A DNA stretch of 64,000 nt from positions 450-64,449 of the forward strand of contig CAZAJO010000010.1 of the NCBI GenBank assembly GCA_964485575.1, written 5' to 3'. The position numbers were made by a program, and so were the translations under genes. Of this stretch, positions 9,379 to 19,161 are shown in pieces (position 1 is the stretch's first letter; every line of letters starts with the position of its first letter). The stretch is from an uncultured Gammaproteobacteria bacterium (GTDB lineage Bacteria; Patescibacteriota; Microgenomatia; Levybacterales; GWA1-39-11). A model generated the notes under the pieces. It was given only the letters and a program-made list of their open reading frames with translations, had not been told where the DNA came from and ran no database searches.

Positions 9379-11751
9379 ATGGCTTTTTTTAAATTTTTAT
9401 TTTATATAATACTATTCATCCTCATAAAAATTGGGGATCTCGTCTACTCTGCGATTCATTCTTTTTTGTCTCTTCTTCTCTCGCCTGTTTTGTATTGTCT
9501 CGCCCTTTTTAAGAAGGGGGCATATCAACTGTCCCATTTTCACGGAAAAGAAAAAAAATACCGTTACAAAAAGGACAAAACTATAAGACGCAGCATTAAA
9601 AAAGATTTCGTATTATTTTCGAAAATAACGAGTATATTTGTCTCTGTTCTTTCATATTTGCTTCAAGAATTCTCTGCTTTAATCAGATTTTTAGCCTCAA
9701 TTTTTGTATTTCCTTTTAAATTGATTCCTAGGATTAAGATTCCAAAAAGAAAAGTGGCAAGAGCCCAAAGATTTGTATCAATTCCGACTAAGCCATCATT
9801 ATTGCTCAAATTTAAATATGTAGGATTGGGGACAATATTTGCCTGCGTCTTTTTCTTTATTCCTGCATTATTTTTCTTATTCCTCTCAGATTTACCGAAG
9901 CTGTCAAATTTATCTGTGAATTATATTCCAAAGACAACCAAGATCTTGGATAGAAATGGAAATTTGCTCTACGAAATCTACGCGAATCAAAATCGAACGA
10001 TAGTAAGATTGGATAAAATACCAAAAAAATTACAAGAAGCAACCATTGCTATTGAGGATAGGGATTTCTATAAACACGATGGATTTGATGTGAAAGGAAT
10101 AGCCAGGGCAATGTATGTAGACGCAACAAAAAAAGATTTACAAGGAGGCTCAACTATTACGCAGCAGCTTATCAAGTCTGCCCTCCTAACTCCGGAGCCG
10201 ACAATCACAAGAAAAGTGAGGGAGTTAGTACTTGCTTTTTGGGCTGAACAGCAATATACAAAAAGTCAAATTCTTGAATTATATTTCAATTACGTACCAT
10301 ACGGAGGCACTGCCTGGGGGGTTGAAGCAGCAAGCCAAATATATTTTGGTAAAGAAGTATCTAGCCTGACACTTTCCGAAAGCGCTTATATTGCAGGATT
10401 ACCTCAAGCACCAAGCCAGTACTCCCCATTTGCTGGAGATGGGAGTCTTGGAAAAAAGAGACAAAAAGAAGTGCTTGCCTCTATGGTCTCTGAAGGATAC
10501 ATCACAAAAGATCAGGCCCAAAGAGCGTATTCAGAGAAGCTCATTTTTGCTTCATCTCAAGTTCCTATTCAAGCTCCACATTTTGTAATGTATGTTAAAG
10601 ATTTATTAATTCGTAAATATGGGCTATTTGAAGTCGAAAGGGGGGGGCTCCAGGTAACTACCAGTCTTGATATCAACACCCAAAAAATGGCAGAAGAAGT
10701 AGTTGCCGATGAAGTAGAACGGGATGGATATCTCGGAATAGGAAATGGTGCAGCTCTTGTCACAAATCCTCAAACCGGTGACATCTTAGCTATGGTTGGT
10801 AGTAGCGACTATTTTGATACGGATCATGACGGTAATGTAAATATAACGACCTCATTGAGACAACCAGGCTCAACGATAAAACTAATAACATATGCACTAG
10901 CCCTTTCGAAAGGTTACACAGAGGCATCAATTCTAGAGGATGTTCCGCTTAGTATCCCAAGTCCAGGTGGACCTACGTATACCCCTGTTAATTACGACGG
11001 AAAATTTCACGGGAAAGTTCCTTTGAGGATTGCATTTGCCAATTCATTTAACATTCCTGCAGTCAGAGTTGCCCAAAAAATGGGAGTTGAAGCCATTGTG
11101 GAGTTTGGAAAACAAATGGGAATATCATCCTGGGGTTCAGCCGAAAATTACGGTTTATCAATTACACTAGGGGCAGCTGAGGTAACGATGAAAGATCTGG
11201 CTACTGTGTATGGGGTCATCGCAAATGGAGGAAATAAGGTTGAGCTAGATCCAATACTTCTGATAACGGATACTGATGGTAAGGTTTTGGCAAAAAAAGA
11301 GGTGAAAGAGACATCAGTTATTGATGCTGGCATTGCTTATATTATTTCAAATATTTTGGCAGATGATAGGGCAAGAAGCATAGAATTTGGGACCAATTCC
11401 CCCCTCGTCATTCCCAACAGGAAGGTATCAGTTAAGACTGGAACGACAGACAACAAGAGGGATAATTGGACAGTCGGATTTACTCCAGACACTTTAGTTG
11501 CTACATGGGTTGGAAATAACGACAACACTCCCCTTTCTCAAGCTTTAGCATCAGGAATAACGGGTGCAGCTCCTATGTGGCACAGAATAATGGAGAATAT
11601 GCTTAATAGTACTGAGCCAGCCGAGATTACTATGCCAGATGATATTGTCGTTAAGAACTGTTTTGGATATGAAGCATATTTCATACGAGGGACCGAATCT
11701 AAAGATTCATGCAAAATCGTTATTCCTACCCCTACTCTAACACAACAATAA
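9379..11751 (+). CDS. Class A penicillin-binding protein (bifunctional transglycosylase/transpeptidase, PBP1A family) with a long N-terminal extension
   Basis: 790 aa. GT51 motifs EDRDFYKHDGFD and GGSTITQQL. Transpeptidase motifs SxxK (STIK), SxN and KTGTT. About 170 aa of N-terminal hydrophobic or basic extension. Confidence 0.85.
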   Translation: MAFFKFLFYIILFILIKIGDLVYSAIHSFLSLLLSPVLYCLALFKKGAYQLSHFHGKEKKYRYKKDKTIRRSIKKDFVLFSKITSIFVSVLSYLLQEFSALIRFLASIFVFPFKLIPRIKIPKRKVARAQRFVSIPTKPSLLLKFKYVGLGTIFACVFFFIPALFFLFLSDLPKLSNLSVNYIPKTTKILDRNGNLLYEIYANQNRTIVRLDKIPKKLQEATIAIEDRDFYKHDGFDVKGIARAMYVDATKKDLQGGSTITQQLIKSALLTPEPTITRKVRELVLAFWAEQQYTKSQILELYFNYVPYGGTAWGVEAASQIYFGKEVSSLTLSESAYIAGLPQAPSQYSPFAGDGSLGKKRQKEVLASMVSEGYITKDQAQRAYSEKLIFASSQVPIQAPHFVMYVKDLLIRKYGLFEVERGGLQVTTSLDINTQKMAEEVVADEVERDGYLGIGNGAALVTNPQTGDILAMVGSSDYFDTDHDGNVNITTSLRQPGSTIKLITYALALSKGYTEASILEDVPLSIPSPGGPTYTPVNYDGKFHGKVPLRIAFANSFNIPAVRVAQKMGVEAIVEFGKQMGISSWGSAENYGLSITLGAAEVTMKDLATVYGVIANGGNKVELDPILLITDTDGKVLAKKEVKETSVIDAGIAYIISNILADDRARSIEFGTNSPLVIPNRKVSVKTGTTDNKRDNWTVGFTPDTLVATWVGNNDNTPLSQALASGITGAAPMWHRIMENMLNSTEPAEITMPDDIVVKNCFGYEAYFIRGTESKDSCKIVIPTPTLTQQ

Positions 11752-11778
11752 CTGTTAAGAAGTTAGTAGAATGGAGAT

Positions 11779-12144
11779 GTGAGAATTACAAATCCCATAG
11801 CGGTTTTTGGAGAAGACGAAGCCTGTAAATTTCTTTCAAAGAAAGGATACAAGATCCTTGAGCGTAATTTTAGGAAAGGATATGGAGAAATTGACATCAT
11901 TGCTCTGCATGGTCAAACCATAGTGTTTGTTGAAGTTAAAACACGATCTTCAAACAAATATGGGACTCCTTTTGAGGCCATTTCACCGCACAAATTGAGA
12001 CTTCTTATTAAAGGAGCAAACTTCTATAAATATATACTCCATCCGGATATGCCTGATGAGATGCGGATTGATGCGATTGGGGTTATGGTGTGGGGGAATG
12101 AAGTTCTATCAATCGAACACCGAGAGAATGTTTCGGGATTTTAG
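11779..12144 (+). CDS. yraN: YraN family endonuclease (UPF0102)
   Basis: 121 aa. GYGEIDIIALHGQTIVFVEVKTRS matches the PD-(D/E)xK signature of YraN. Confidence 0.8.
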   Translation: MRITNPIAVFGEDEACKFLSKKGYKILERNFRKGYGEIDIIALHGQTIVFVEVKTRSSNKYGTPFEAISPHKLRLLIKGANFYKYILHPDMPDEMRIDAIGVMVWGNEVLSIEHRENVSGF

Positions 12145-12725
12145 GTGAGATTTAGGTGTTCCAGAACTTTTTGTAAGGACTGATCTTTATTCAATAAAAA
12201 TGTATTGATAACCAAATCATAGTAGTCCCTGTTCATATAAGTCCAGTTTGTGTCACCATCTGCGTATAATCTCTGCCATTTTTCAACATCATTTCTTTCG
12301 CGCTCTATCACTTCTTCTTTCGCTTTTTCAACTGAAATTTCCTCACGATTTACTAATCTATCAATTCGTATTTGGGTTTGATCATTACCATGTTCGTCTT
12401 CACAAATAACTAGAATTTTGAAAATCCCATCTACACCTTGAGCATTAAATCCAGCCAGTTTTGTTTCTAATATTATGTTCTTGTCTTCACTGATAATTTT
12501 CTTAAGTTGTTCGTCAAACAATAAATCTTCTTCATCTGGTCTTAAGCTTGTATCTTTTGGGGCAAGCTGCATGTGTTGTCTTACTGCTTCCCAAAAAATT
12601 TCTCCTCCTTCAATATGTTTCCAATCAAGGTGTTGAGCTAATCTTTTTGCTAGAGTTGTTGAACCAGAAGCAATTCTTCCAGAAACAGCGATAATTCGTA
12701 TAGTGCCTAAGTCTTTTGGATTCAT
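12141..12725 (-). CDS. Cytidylate kinase-like family P-loop protein
   Basis: 194 aa with a P-loop (AVSGRIASGSTTLAKRLA). Size and layout fit CMP-kinase-like or AAA-33 proteins. Confidence 0.6.
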   Translation of the reverse strand: MNPKDLGTIRIIAVSGRIASGSTTLAKRLAQHLDWKHIEGGEIFWEAVRQHMQLAPKDTSLRPDEEDLLFDEQLKKIISEDKNIILETKLAGFNAQGVDGIFKILVICEDEHGNDQTQIRIDRLVNREEISVEKAKEEVIERERNDVEKWQRLYADGDTNWTYMNRDYYDLVINTFLLNKDQSLQKVLEHLNLT

Positions 12726-12731
12726 AATGAA

Positions 12732-13817
12732 TTAACTTTGAGGGTTTCCCTGAGCTTTGCGACCTAGAATTAGAGTCTCTTCAACAAGTCTATTAGAATA
12801 CCCAAATTCATTGTCGTACCATGCGATTATTTTTAACATATTTCCTGCAACTACCTGCGTTAGCGACAAATCGGCTATAGAGGAGTGAGAATTACCGATT
12901 ATATCACTTGAAACAAGAGGATCGTTAGTAACAGTAAAAATTCCCTTCCAGCGAGGATTTTCAGAAGCTTGCTTGAGTGCTCCATTTACTTCTTCAACAG
13001 TAACGTCCCTTTTAAGTAAAAATGTAAAATCAGACAGAGAACCTACAGCTACCGGAACGCGGATTGCCAAGCCATTAAAGATACCTTGCAATGAGGGAAT
13101 AGCCTTTGCTGCTGCTATCGTGGCACCTGATGAGGTAGGGATGATGTTTTGTGCTGCTGCTCGTGCACGTCTATAGTCCTTATGTCCTCCATCGTGCACA
13201 TTTTGGTCCGATGTATATCCATGAATTGTGGTCATCATTGCTTTTTCAATACCAAAAGTCTCCTCGATAATTGCAGCAACCGGCGCTATACAGTTGGTAG
13301 TGCAGGATGCATTACTTACAACATTCTCAAGTTTTTCCCCGTCCTGATCATTTAAGTTAACACCCAAAACATATGTTGCTGCGCTTTGTTCGTCTTTAAA
13401 TGGGGCAGAAAGGATAACTGATTTTGCACCAGCATCAATATGCGGTTGAATTTTTTCAGGAGTAGTAAATGCACCGGTTGATTCTATAACAACATCAACG
13501 TTAAGGTCTTTCCATGGTAGTTTTGATGGATCTTTTTCGGAAAAGAAAGGGATTACTTTATCATCAACTACAAGTGCTCCAATTGTTTCAAGAGAATATT
13601 TTGCCTCAACTTCTTCTGGTTTTTGAATAAAAAGAGCATGGTGGACAAGCTCATGGTACATCGTGTCAAACTTTAGCAAATACATCCACCCTTGCATGTC
13701 TGTGGATGACCCAGCGTTTACCGCAACGATCTCAATCTCCTCTCCAAACTTTTCAATAATTATTCTGTGGGCTACTCTCCCAATACGACCATAGCCGTTA
13801 ATCGCAACGCGAACCAT
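12732..13817 (-). CDS. gap: Type I glyceraldehyde-3-phosphate dehydrogenase
   Basis: 361 aa. INGYGRIGR NAD-binding motif and active-site SNASCTTNCIAP. Confidence 0.92.
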   Translation of the reverse strand: MVRVAINGYGRIGRVAHRIIIEKFGEEIEIVAVNAGSSTDMQGWMYLLKFDTMYHELVHHALFIQKPEEVEAKYSLETIGALVVDDKVIPFFSEKDPSKLPWKDLNVDVVIESTGAFTTPEKIQPHIDAGAKSVILSAPFKDEQSAATYVLGVNLNDQDGEKLENVVSNASCTTNCIAPVAAIIEETFGIEKAMMTTIHGYTSDQNVHDGGHKDYRRARAAAQNIIPTSSGATIAAAKAIPSLQGIFNGLAIRVPVAVGSLSDFTFLLKRDVTVEEVNGALKQASENPRWKGIFTVTNDPLVSSDIIGNSHSSIADLSLTQVVAGNMLKIIAWYDNEFGYSNRLVEETLILGRKAQGNPQS

Positions 13818-13907
13818 ATATTTATAGTAGAAGAAATACTTTTTTTATTCAATAGGACAAATAGTTAGCTATTTCTTTTTTTGGCCTCATCGAATATAAT
13901 AGAACCT

Positions 13908-14039
13908 ATGTCTGAACGAATGACAAAAAATAACAAGCTGAAAGGAAAGAAAAAGCACGGCTTTTTGGGACGTCTTAAGACGCTCGGAGGAAATAAGCTT
14001 ATTAAAAGACGTAGACAAAAGGGTCGTAAAACTCTCTAA
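13908..14039 (+). CDS. rpmH: 50S ribosomal protein L34
   Basis: 43-aa ORF absent from the ORF track: MSERMTKNNKLKGKKKHGFLGRLKTLGGNKLIKRRRQKGRKTLS. Basic L34 signature (HGF..R....G..LIKRRR.KGRK.L). Its stop overlaps the rnpA start. A TATAAT lies 7 nt upstream of the ATG. Confidence 0.85.
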   Translation: MSERMTKNNKLKGKKKHGFLGRLKTLGGNKLIKRRRQKGRKTL

Positions 14040-14353
14040 TGCTAGATCGGAGTCATAGATTTTCCTTTAGGAAGGGTGCACCAAGGCGAATTTTTGCTAC
14101 ACCCCTGTTTGTTGTCAGGTATGATAGCAATAACGACCAATTGCATTGTTCGGTAGTTGTAGGTAAGAAAGTTGATAAACGAGCAGTTGTTCGCAATAGA
14201 ATAAAAAGACAAATTAACGAAATGCTGAGAGAAATTTTGTCAAAAGATTTAAAATACGACCTAGTTTTTTTTATTAAAAAACAAATTAATGAGTCGAATA
14301 GAGAAATAATAAAGGGTACAATAGAACAAGCTTTGAAAGAAATTCACATATAA
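14039..14353 (+). CDS. rnpA: Ribonuclease P protein component
   Basis: 104 aa, basic, RnpA-like (RLRKR.F...V.R.K.KR). Sits between rpmH and yidC. Confidence 0.85.
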   Translation: MLDRSHRFSFRKGAPRRIFATPLFVVRYDSNNDQLHCSVVVGKKVDKRAVVRNRIKRQINEMLREILSKDLKYDLVFFIKKQINESNREIIKGTIEQALKEIHI

Positions 14354-14355
14354 AT

Positions 14356-15216
14356 ATGGACATAGGAGCGATTTTCACAATTCTTTTAACTCAACCGATA
14401 ACCAATCTTTTAGTTGGATGTTATCAACTTCTCGCATTTCTTCATATCCCATTTGCTCTTGGATTTTCAATAATTCTACTGACATTTATTATCAGGATAG
14501 TGCTTTATCCTTTTACAGCATCTCAGATAAAGACAAGTAAGAAAATGCAGGATATGGCACCTCATATCTCAAACCTCAAAACAAAACACAAGGACGACAA
14601 GAAGAAACAGCAGGAAGAGATGATGAAGTTATATTCAGAATTTGGTGTTAATCCTGCCGCCGGATGTCTACCCGTAATAGTTCAGATTCCAATAATTTGG
14701 GGTCTTTACCACGTACTTAGTACTGTAGTTAATGCAAATTCTATCGTTAAACTTAAAGAAATAAATAGTCTTATGTACTCTGATGGATTAAAGCTGACGC
14801 GTCTTTGGGAAACAACTTTTTTTGGAATTCCACTCGCCCAGTCCCCTTCCCATCTCATGAAAGACATGCCTTTAATAGTGTTGGTCCCTGCTCTTACTGC
14901 TGTGCTACAGCTTATATTTTCAAAGATGATGGCTCCTGAAGTCGCACCATCAGGCAAGCATGATGACTTTCAAGCAACGTTTGCAAAACAATCACTTTTT
15001 ATATTCCCAATCATGATTGGTGTATTCTCTTTTCAATTGCCTTTCGGACTCTCTTTGTACTGGAATGCATTCACAATTTTTGGTATACTTCAGCAGTACT
15101 TTTTAGTTGGTCTTGGTGGCCTAAAACAATGGCAAAAGTTTGCTGAAAAATACTACAGTAAACCAACTATAAAAGTAGCAAGCAACAAAAAAACTAAACA
15201 TGGAAAAAGAAGTTAA
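14356..15216 (+). CDS. yidC: Membrane protein insertase YidC (short YidC/Oxa1 form)
   Basis: 286 aa, multi-TM, conserved operon position, C-terminal basic tail. Confidence 0.85.
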   Translation: MDIGAIFTILLTQPITNLLVGCYQLLAFLHIPFALGFSIILLTFIIRIVLYPFTASQIKTSKKMQDMAPHISNLKTKHKDDKKKQQEEMMKLYSEFGVNPAAGCLPVIVQIPIIWGLYHVLSTVVNANSIVKLKEINSLMYSDGLKLTRLWETTFFGIPLAQSPSHLMKDMPLIVLVPALTAVLQLIFSKMMAPEVAPSGKHDDFQATFAKQSLFIFPIMIGVFSFQLPFGLSLYWNAFTIFGILQQYFLVGLGGLKQWQKFAEKYYSKPTIKVASNKKTKHGKRS

Positions 15217-15652
15217 AGTTATACAAAAGGAAGTAGAGAAATTGCTTTCTCAAATTGGTGTTAAATCAACCATTAACGTAGAGGGCAATGATGACGGTTA
15301 TACAATTGTACTTGATGCATCTGAAGACAACGCACTTCTTATCGGTAAGCACGGCAATACTCTCGCATCATTAGAGTTGATCGTAAATTTGATAGTCGCC
15401 AACAAACTTGGAGAATTCAAGAGAACCACAATAGAAATAGGAAGTTATAGAGCCGAGCGCGAACAGTACTTGTCAGAGCTTGCAGACAAGTTAAGAGAGG
15501 AAGTAATAACTTCTGGTTACGAAAAGCAGGTTAGAGGGTTAAAGCCTTGGGAAAGAAGATATTTACACATGCATCTTTCTGAAGATGAAGAAGTTATGAC
15601 AGAATCAGTAGGTGAAGATCGCGATAGAACACTAGTTATCAAAAAGAAGTGA
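15200..15652 (+). CDS. jag: Jag/KhpB-like RNA-binding protein (KH + R3H)
   Basis: 150 aa. Conserved position after yidC. R3H-like signature LKPWERRYLH. Confidence 0.75.
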   Translation: MEKEVKVIQKEVEKLLSQIGVKSTINVEGNDDGYTIVLDASEDNALLIGKHGNTLASLELIVNLIVANKLGEFKRTTIEIGSYRAEREQYLSELADKLREEVITSGYEKQVRGLKPWERRYLHMHLSEDEEVMTESVGEDRDRTLVIKKK

Positions 15653-16905
15653 CCCGGTTTCAAAGAATAGCTTTTTTTTCACTGCTCGCAACACTCCCAA
15701 TACAATTAGGTAAACATTTCTGGCCGCACTTTTCATTCGTTCAAGGAATTCGGATTGACTATCTTTCCCCAACATTGTACATAAGCGATATCTGTTTCAT
15801 TTTTCTTTTTATTGTTTCGTTTCATTCTCTTAAGGCAATGTTTGCAAAGCTACTTTTCTCAAAATTTGGTTTGCTTTTTATTATTAGTTTGATTGGTTCA
15901 ATATGTTTTGCCACAAACATATACGCGGCGATTTTCGGAACAGTTAAGCTTTTGGAATTTATGTACATTGGATTATTTATTTCTCAATATTTCAAAAGAA
16001 AAGATATTGAGAGTGCTCTATTTATTCTTACCCTCGGAGCGTTAGTTGAAACTGTGATTATTTTCTTTCAATTCATTTCACAGAATTCTCTTGGTGGATT
16101 TTTTTATTTTCTTGGAGAGAGAACTTTTAACACATCAACACCAGGGATTGCAACATTTCAAATTAATGGTGCGGATGTGTTAAGAGCATATGGAACATTT
16201 CCTCATCCAAACGTTGTCGCCTTTTTCCTTTTGTTTGTTTTTTCTTGGCTACTCTTTTCCTCTAAATTTCGAAAAGCATTCTTAAGTTACATAAAGATTC
16301 TGGCTTTATTAGTAATAGGTATAGGGATTTTTTTGACGTTTTCAAGAATAGTTATTTTGCTATTAATAGGAATCTTGCTTGTTAAAATAAAACCTAGAGG
16401 TGGAAAAAATACAGTTCCGATTTTATTAGGACTCTTTACTATTTGTGTTTTGCTTTTTCAAAGATTTGAGTTTACTCTTGTTAAAGATTTATTATTAAGA
16501 AAGGAGCTAATTGAAATTGGGGTAAAAGTTTTTTTAACAAACTTTATCTTTGGAACGGGATTGCATAACTTCTTCTATAGCGAAATTTTGTATCAAAAAA
16601 CTCTGAGTCCAATACTGCTACAGCCAGTTCACAACATTTATCTCTACTGGATTTCTCAAACCGGGATTGTGGGTTTGATAGTCTTAATTTATTTTTTAAA
16701 GAAGTTAATTTACGCTTTAAGAAAATCTTTAAACATAAAAAAATCAAGGAATTTTTACCGGTTTGTTTCAATTATTGTGGTATGTGTTGGAGTTTCTGGA
16801 ATGCTTGATCATTATTTTCTCACTCTTCAACAGGGGCAACTTCTGACCGCGATTATTGTTGGGCTTTGCTTCTCTAAAATCGATTCTAACGAGGGGTTGG
16901 AGTAG
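15649..16905 (+). CDS. O-antigen ligase-like (Wzy_C domain) polytopic membrane protein
   Basis: 418 aa, about 10 TM segments, with a periplasmic loop characteristic of the WaaL/O-antigen polymerase family. Confidence 0.6.
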   Translation: MTRFQRIAFFSLLATLPIQLGKHFWPHFSFVQGIRIDYLSPTLYISDICFIFLFIVSFHSLKAMFAKLLFSKFGLLFIISLIGSICFATNIYAAIFGTVKLLEFMYIGLFISQYFKRKDIESALFILTLGALVETVIIFFQFISQNSLGGFFYFLGERTFNTSTPGIATFQINGADVLRAYGTFPHPNVVAFFLLFVFSWLLFSSKFRKAFLSYIKILALLVIGIGIFLTFSRIVILLLIGILLVKIKPRGGKNTVPILLGLFTICVLLFQRFEFTLVKDLLLRKELIEIGVKVFLTNFIFGTGLHNFFYSEILYQKTLSPILLQPVHNIYLYWISQTGIVGLIVLIYFLKKLIYALRKSLNIKKSRNFYRFVSIIVVCVGVSGMLDHYFLTLQQGQLLTAIIVGLCFSKIDSNEGLE

Positions 16906-19135
16906 GTTCTTGAGGTTGGGGACAGGTTGTGCAATAAGAGTCTCCAGTTGCATCAGTTACGATTGCGGCATCTCTTTCCTCGACGTTATCAGTTTTTCCA
17001 GCTGGTGCAAGCATTTGGGTTGATTTATCGACAAAGACTTTTTTAAGTCCAGGATCAACAGTTCTAGGAATTGTACCCTTGATAAAATATTCATAGCGTG
17101 TCGGACAAACGTATGGGGAACCAGCAGGTTGTGGAAGTAGGCCTGAAGTTGAGCATATAGTCGCACCGATAACATTATCAGGCTTATTGAGGGTCTCAGC
17201 AGGCTTTCCTTCGAGCAGTTTTGCCATAATTTGGTGCCAGATTGGAGCAGCTCCTGTTACTCCTGACACAACTCCCTGAAGCGGTTTGTTGTCATTATTT
17301 CCTACCCATGTAGCGACAACAAACGAAGGGGTATATCCAATGGTCCAGTTATCTCTGTAGTCGTTTGTAGTGCCGGTCTTAACAGAGACTGTCTGACCTT
17401 TTATGTTGAGTGGGGAATTGCTTCCGAAAGATGCACTCCTCGCCCCGTTATCCGCCAAGATATTTGAGATTATATATGCAACTCCATCTGGTAATACTTT
17501 TTTCCCAAGCAGTGGACTTTCGACCGGCTTGTATTGTTGGATAGTTTTTCCTTTCGAATCAGTGACTTTAAGAATTGGATGTAGTCCAATTTTATAACCA
17601 GAGTTGGCAAATACGCCATATGCTTCAGTCATTTCAACCATTGTTACCTCTCCTCCACCAAGCGTTAAAGAAAGCCCATACCTATCAGGGTCGGTGAAAG
17701 AATTGATTCCCATTGCAGACGCGGTTGCTATCATGGCTTCAAGACCATTCAATTTGAGCATTTTAACAGCTGGAATATTGAATGAATTTGCAAGAGCATA
17801 TCTCATTTGCTGTACCCCATGAAATTTAAGGTCATAGTTGAGAGGACAATAAGGGGCACCTGAAGGGTTTGGAAAGCATGTTTTTTGATCAACGAATGGG
17901 GTTGCTGCGGTATATCCCTTGATAAGACCTGTCGCGTAGTTGATTGGTTTTATGGAAGATCCTGGTTGTCTTTTTGAAATTGCGACATTCACATTTCCGT
18001 CTCTTTCGGTATCAAAATAATTTCTGCTCCCAACCATGGCTAAGACCTCGCCTGTTCCTGGCCTTGTTACCATGCTTGCGGCGTTATACCAATTTTTCCC
18101 AGTGAGTGTTGCCTCTTCAGTTGCTATTGCATCTTCAGCAATTTTTTGAACATCTAGGTCTAATGAGGTTGTAACAGTAAGTCCACCCTGCTCTACCATT
18201 TTTTCACCATATTGCTGCACAAGAAGATCCTTTATAAAAAATACGAAATGAGGAGCCACGATCGTGTCTTGTATCTGGTTGAAAACTAACTCTTCATTTT
18301 TTGCTTTCTCAAGTTGGGAATCAGTGATGTATCCTGAATCTTTCATTGCTTGCAAGACTTGTAATTGTCTTCCCTTTCCATTTTCAGGATGGGATCCAAA
18401 AGGCGAATACACGCTTGGTGCTTGTGGTAGGCCGGCGAGAAACGCACTCTCTGAAAGAGTTAATTTTGAAACATCCTTGCCAAAATATATCTGACTTGCC
18501 GCTTCGACTCCCCAAGCAGTACCTCCGTAAGATACTTGGTTAAGATACATTTCTAGAATCCTGTTTTTTGAATATATTGATTCAACGACAAATGAAAGCA
18601 ATACCTCTTTGACCTTTCTTGTGATTGTTCGATCAAGCGTCAGAAGAGAATTTCTGACAAGCTGCTGGGTAATTGTTGATCCTCCCTGAACTGATTTATG
18701 TGAAAGAGTTACATATGCTGCGCGAGCTATCCCTTTAATATCAATTGCACCATGATTGTAAAAATTCTTATCTTCGATTGAGATTGTTGCCTGCTGTAAA
18801 TACTTTGGAATTCTGTTCAAGGAAACAAATGTCTGATTCCTGCTTGCATAGATCGTATAGAGCAATTTTCCATCTCTAGAATAGATTTTGCTTGATTGAG
18901 GAAAGCTATTACTTCCTATTACGGTTGCTCTTGGAACGTCTTTTAGAACCAAAAGTATTGCTATAGCAACAAGGGTAATTGGTATTGCCAATAAAACATA
19001 GCTTGCTATTAACCATTTATTTCTGAATAACATTGATGGTTTTTTCGCAACTTTTGCAATCAGGCGAAAGGGATAGGTTAGATGCTTCGTCGCTTTTTTC
19101 ATTGGGGCTTTTGAGTACTGTTTTTTGGTAAACAT
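16886..19135 (-). CDS. Class A penicillin-binding protein (second PBP1A-family paralog) with a Pro/Thr/Cys-rich C-terminal tail
   Basis: 749 aa. EDKNFYNHGAIDIKG, GGSTITQQL, SSIKP (SxxK) and KTGTT. The C-terminal tail reads CTTCPQPQEPTPTPR. Confidence 0.85.
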   Translation of the reverse strand: MFTKKQYSKAPMKKATKHLTYPFRLIAKVAKKPSMLFRNKWLIASYVLLAIPITLVAIAILLVLKDVPRATVIGSNSFPQSSKIYSRDGKLLYTIYASRNQTFVSLNRIPKYLQQATISIEDKNFYNHGAIDIKGIARAAYVTLSHKSVQGGSTITQQLVRNSLLTLDRTITRKVKEVLLSFVVESIYSKNRILEMYLNQVSYGGTAWGVEAASQIYFGKDVSKLTLSESAFLAGLPQAPSVYSPFGSHPENGKGRQLQVLQAMKDSGYITDSQLEKAKNEELVFNQIQDTIVAPHFVFFIKDLLVQQYGEKMVEQGGLTVTTSLDLDVQKIAEDAIATEEATLTGKNWYNAASMVTRPGTGEVLAMVGSRNYFDTERDGNVNVAISKRQPGSSIKPINYATGLIKGYTAATPFVDQKTCFPNPSGAPYCPLNYDLKFHGVQQMRYALANSFNIPAVKMLKLNGLEAMIATASAMGINSFTDPDRYGLSLTLGGGEVTMVEMTEAYGVFANSGYKIGLHPILKVTDSKGKTIQQYKPVESPLLGKKVLPDGVAYIISNILADNGARSASFGSNSPLNIKGQTVSVKTGTTNDYRDNWTIGYTPSFVVATWVGNNDNKPLQGVVSGVTGAAPIWHQIMAKLLEGKPAETLNKPDNVIGATICSTSGLLPQPAGSPYVCPTRYEYFIKGTIPRTVDPGLKKVFVDKSTQMLAPAGKTDNVEERDAAIVTDATGDSYCTTCPQPQEPTPTPR

Positions 19136-19161
19136 GATTGTATCACATAAGGTATAACTAC

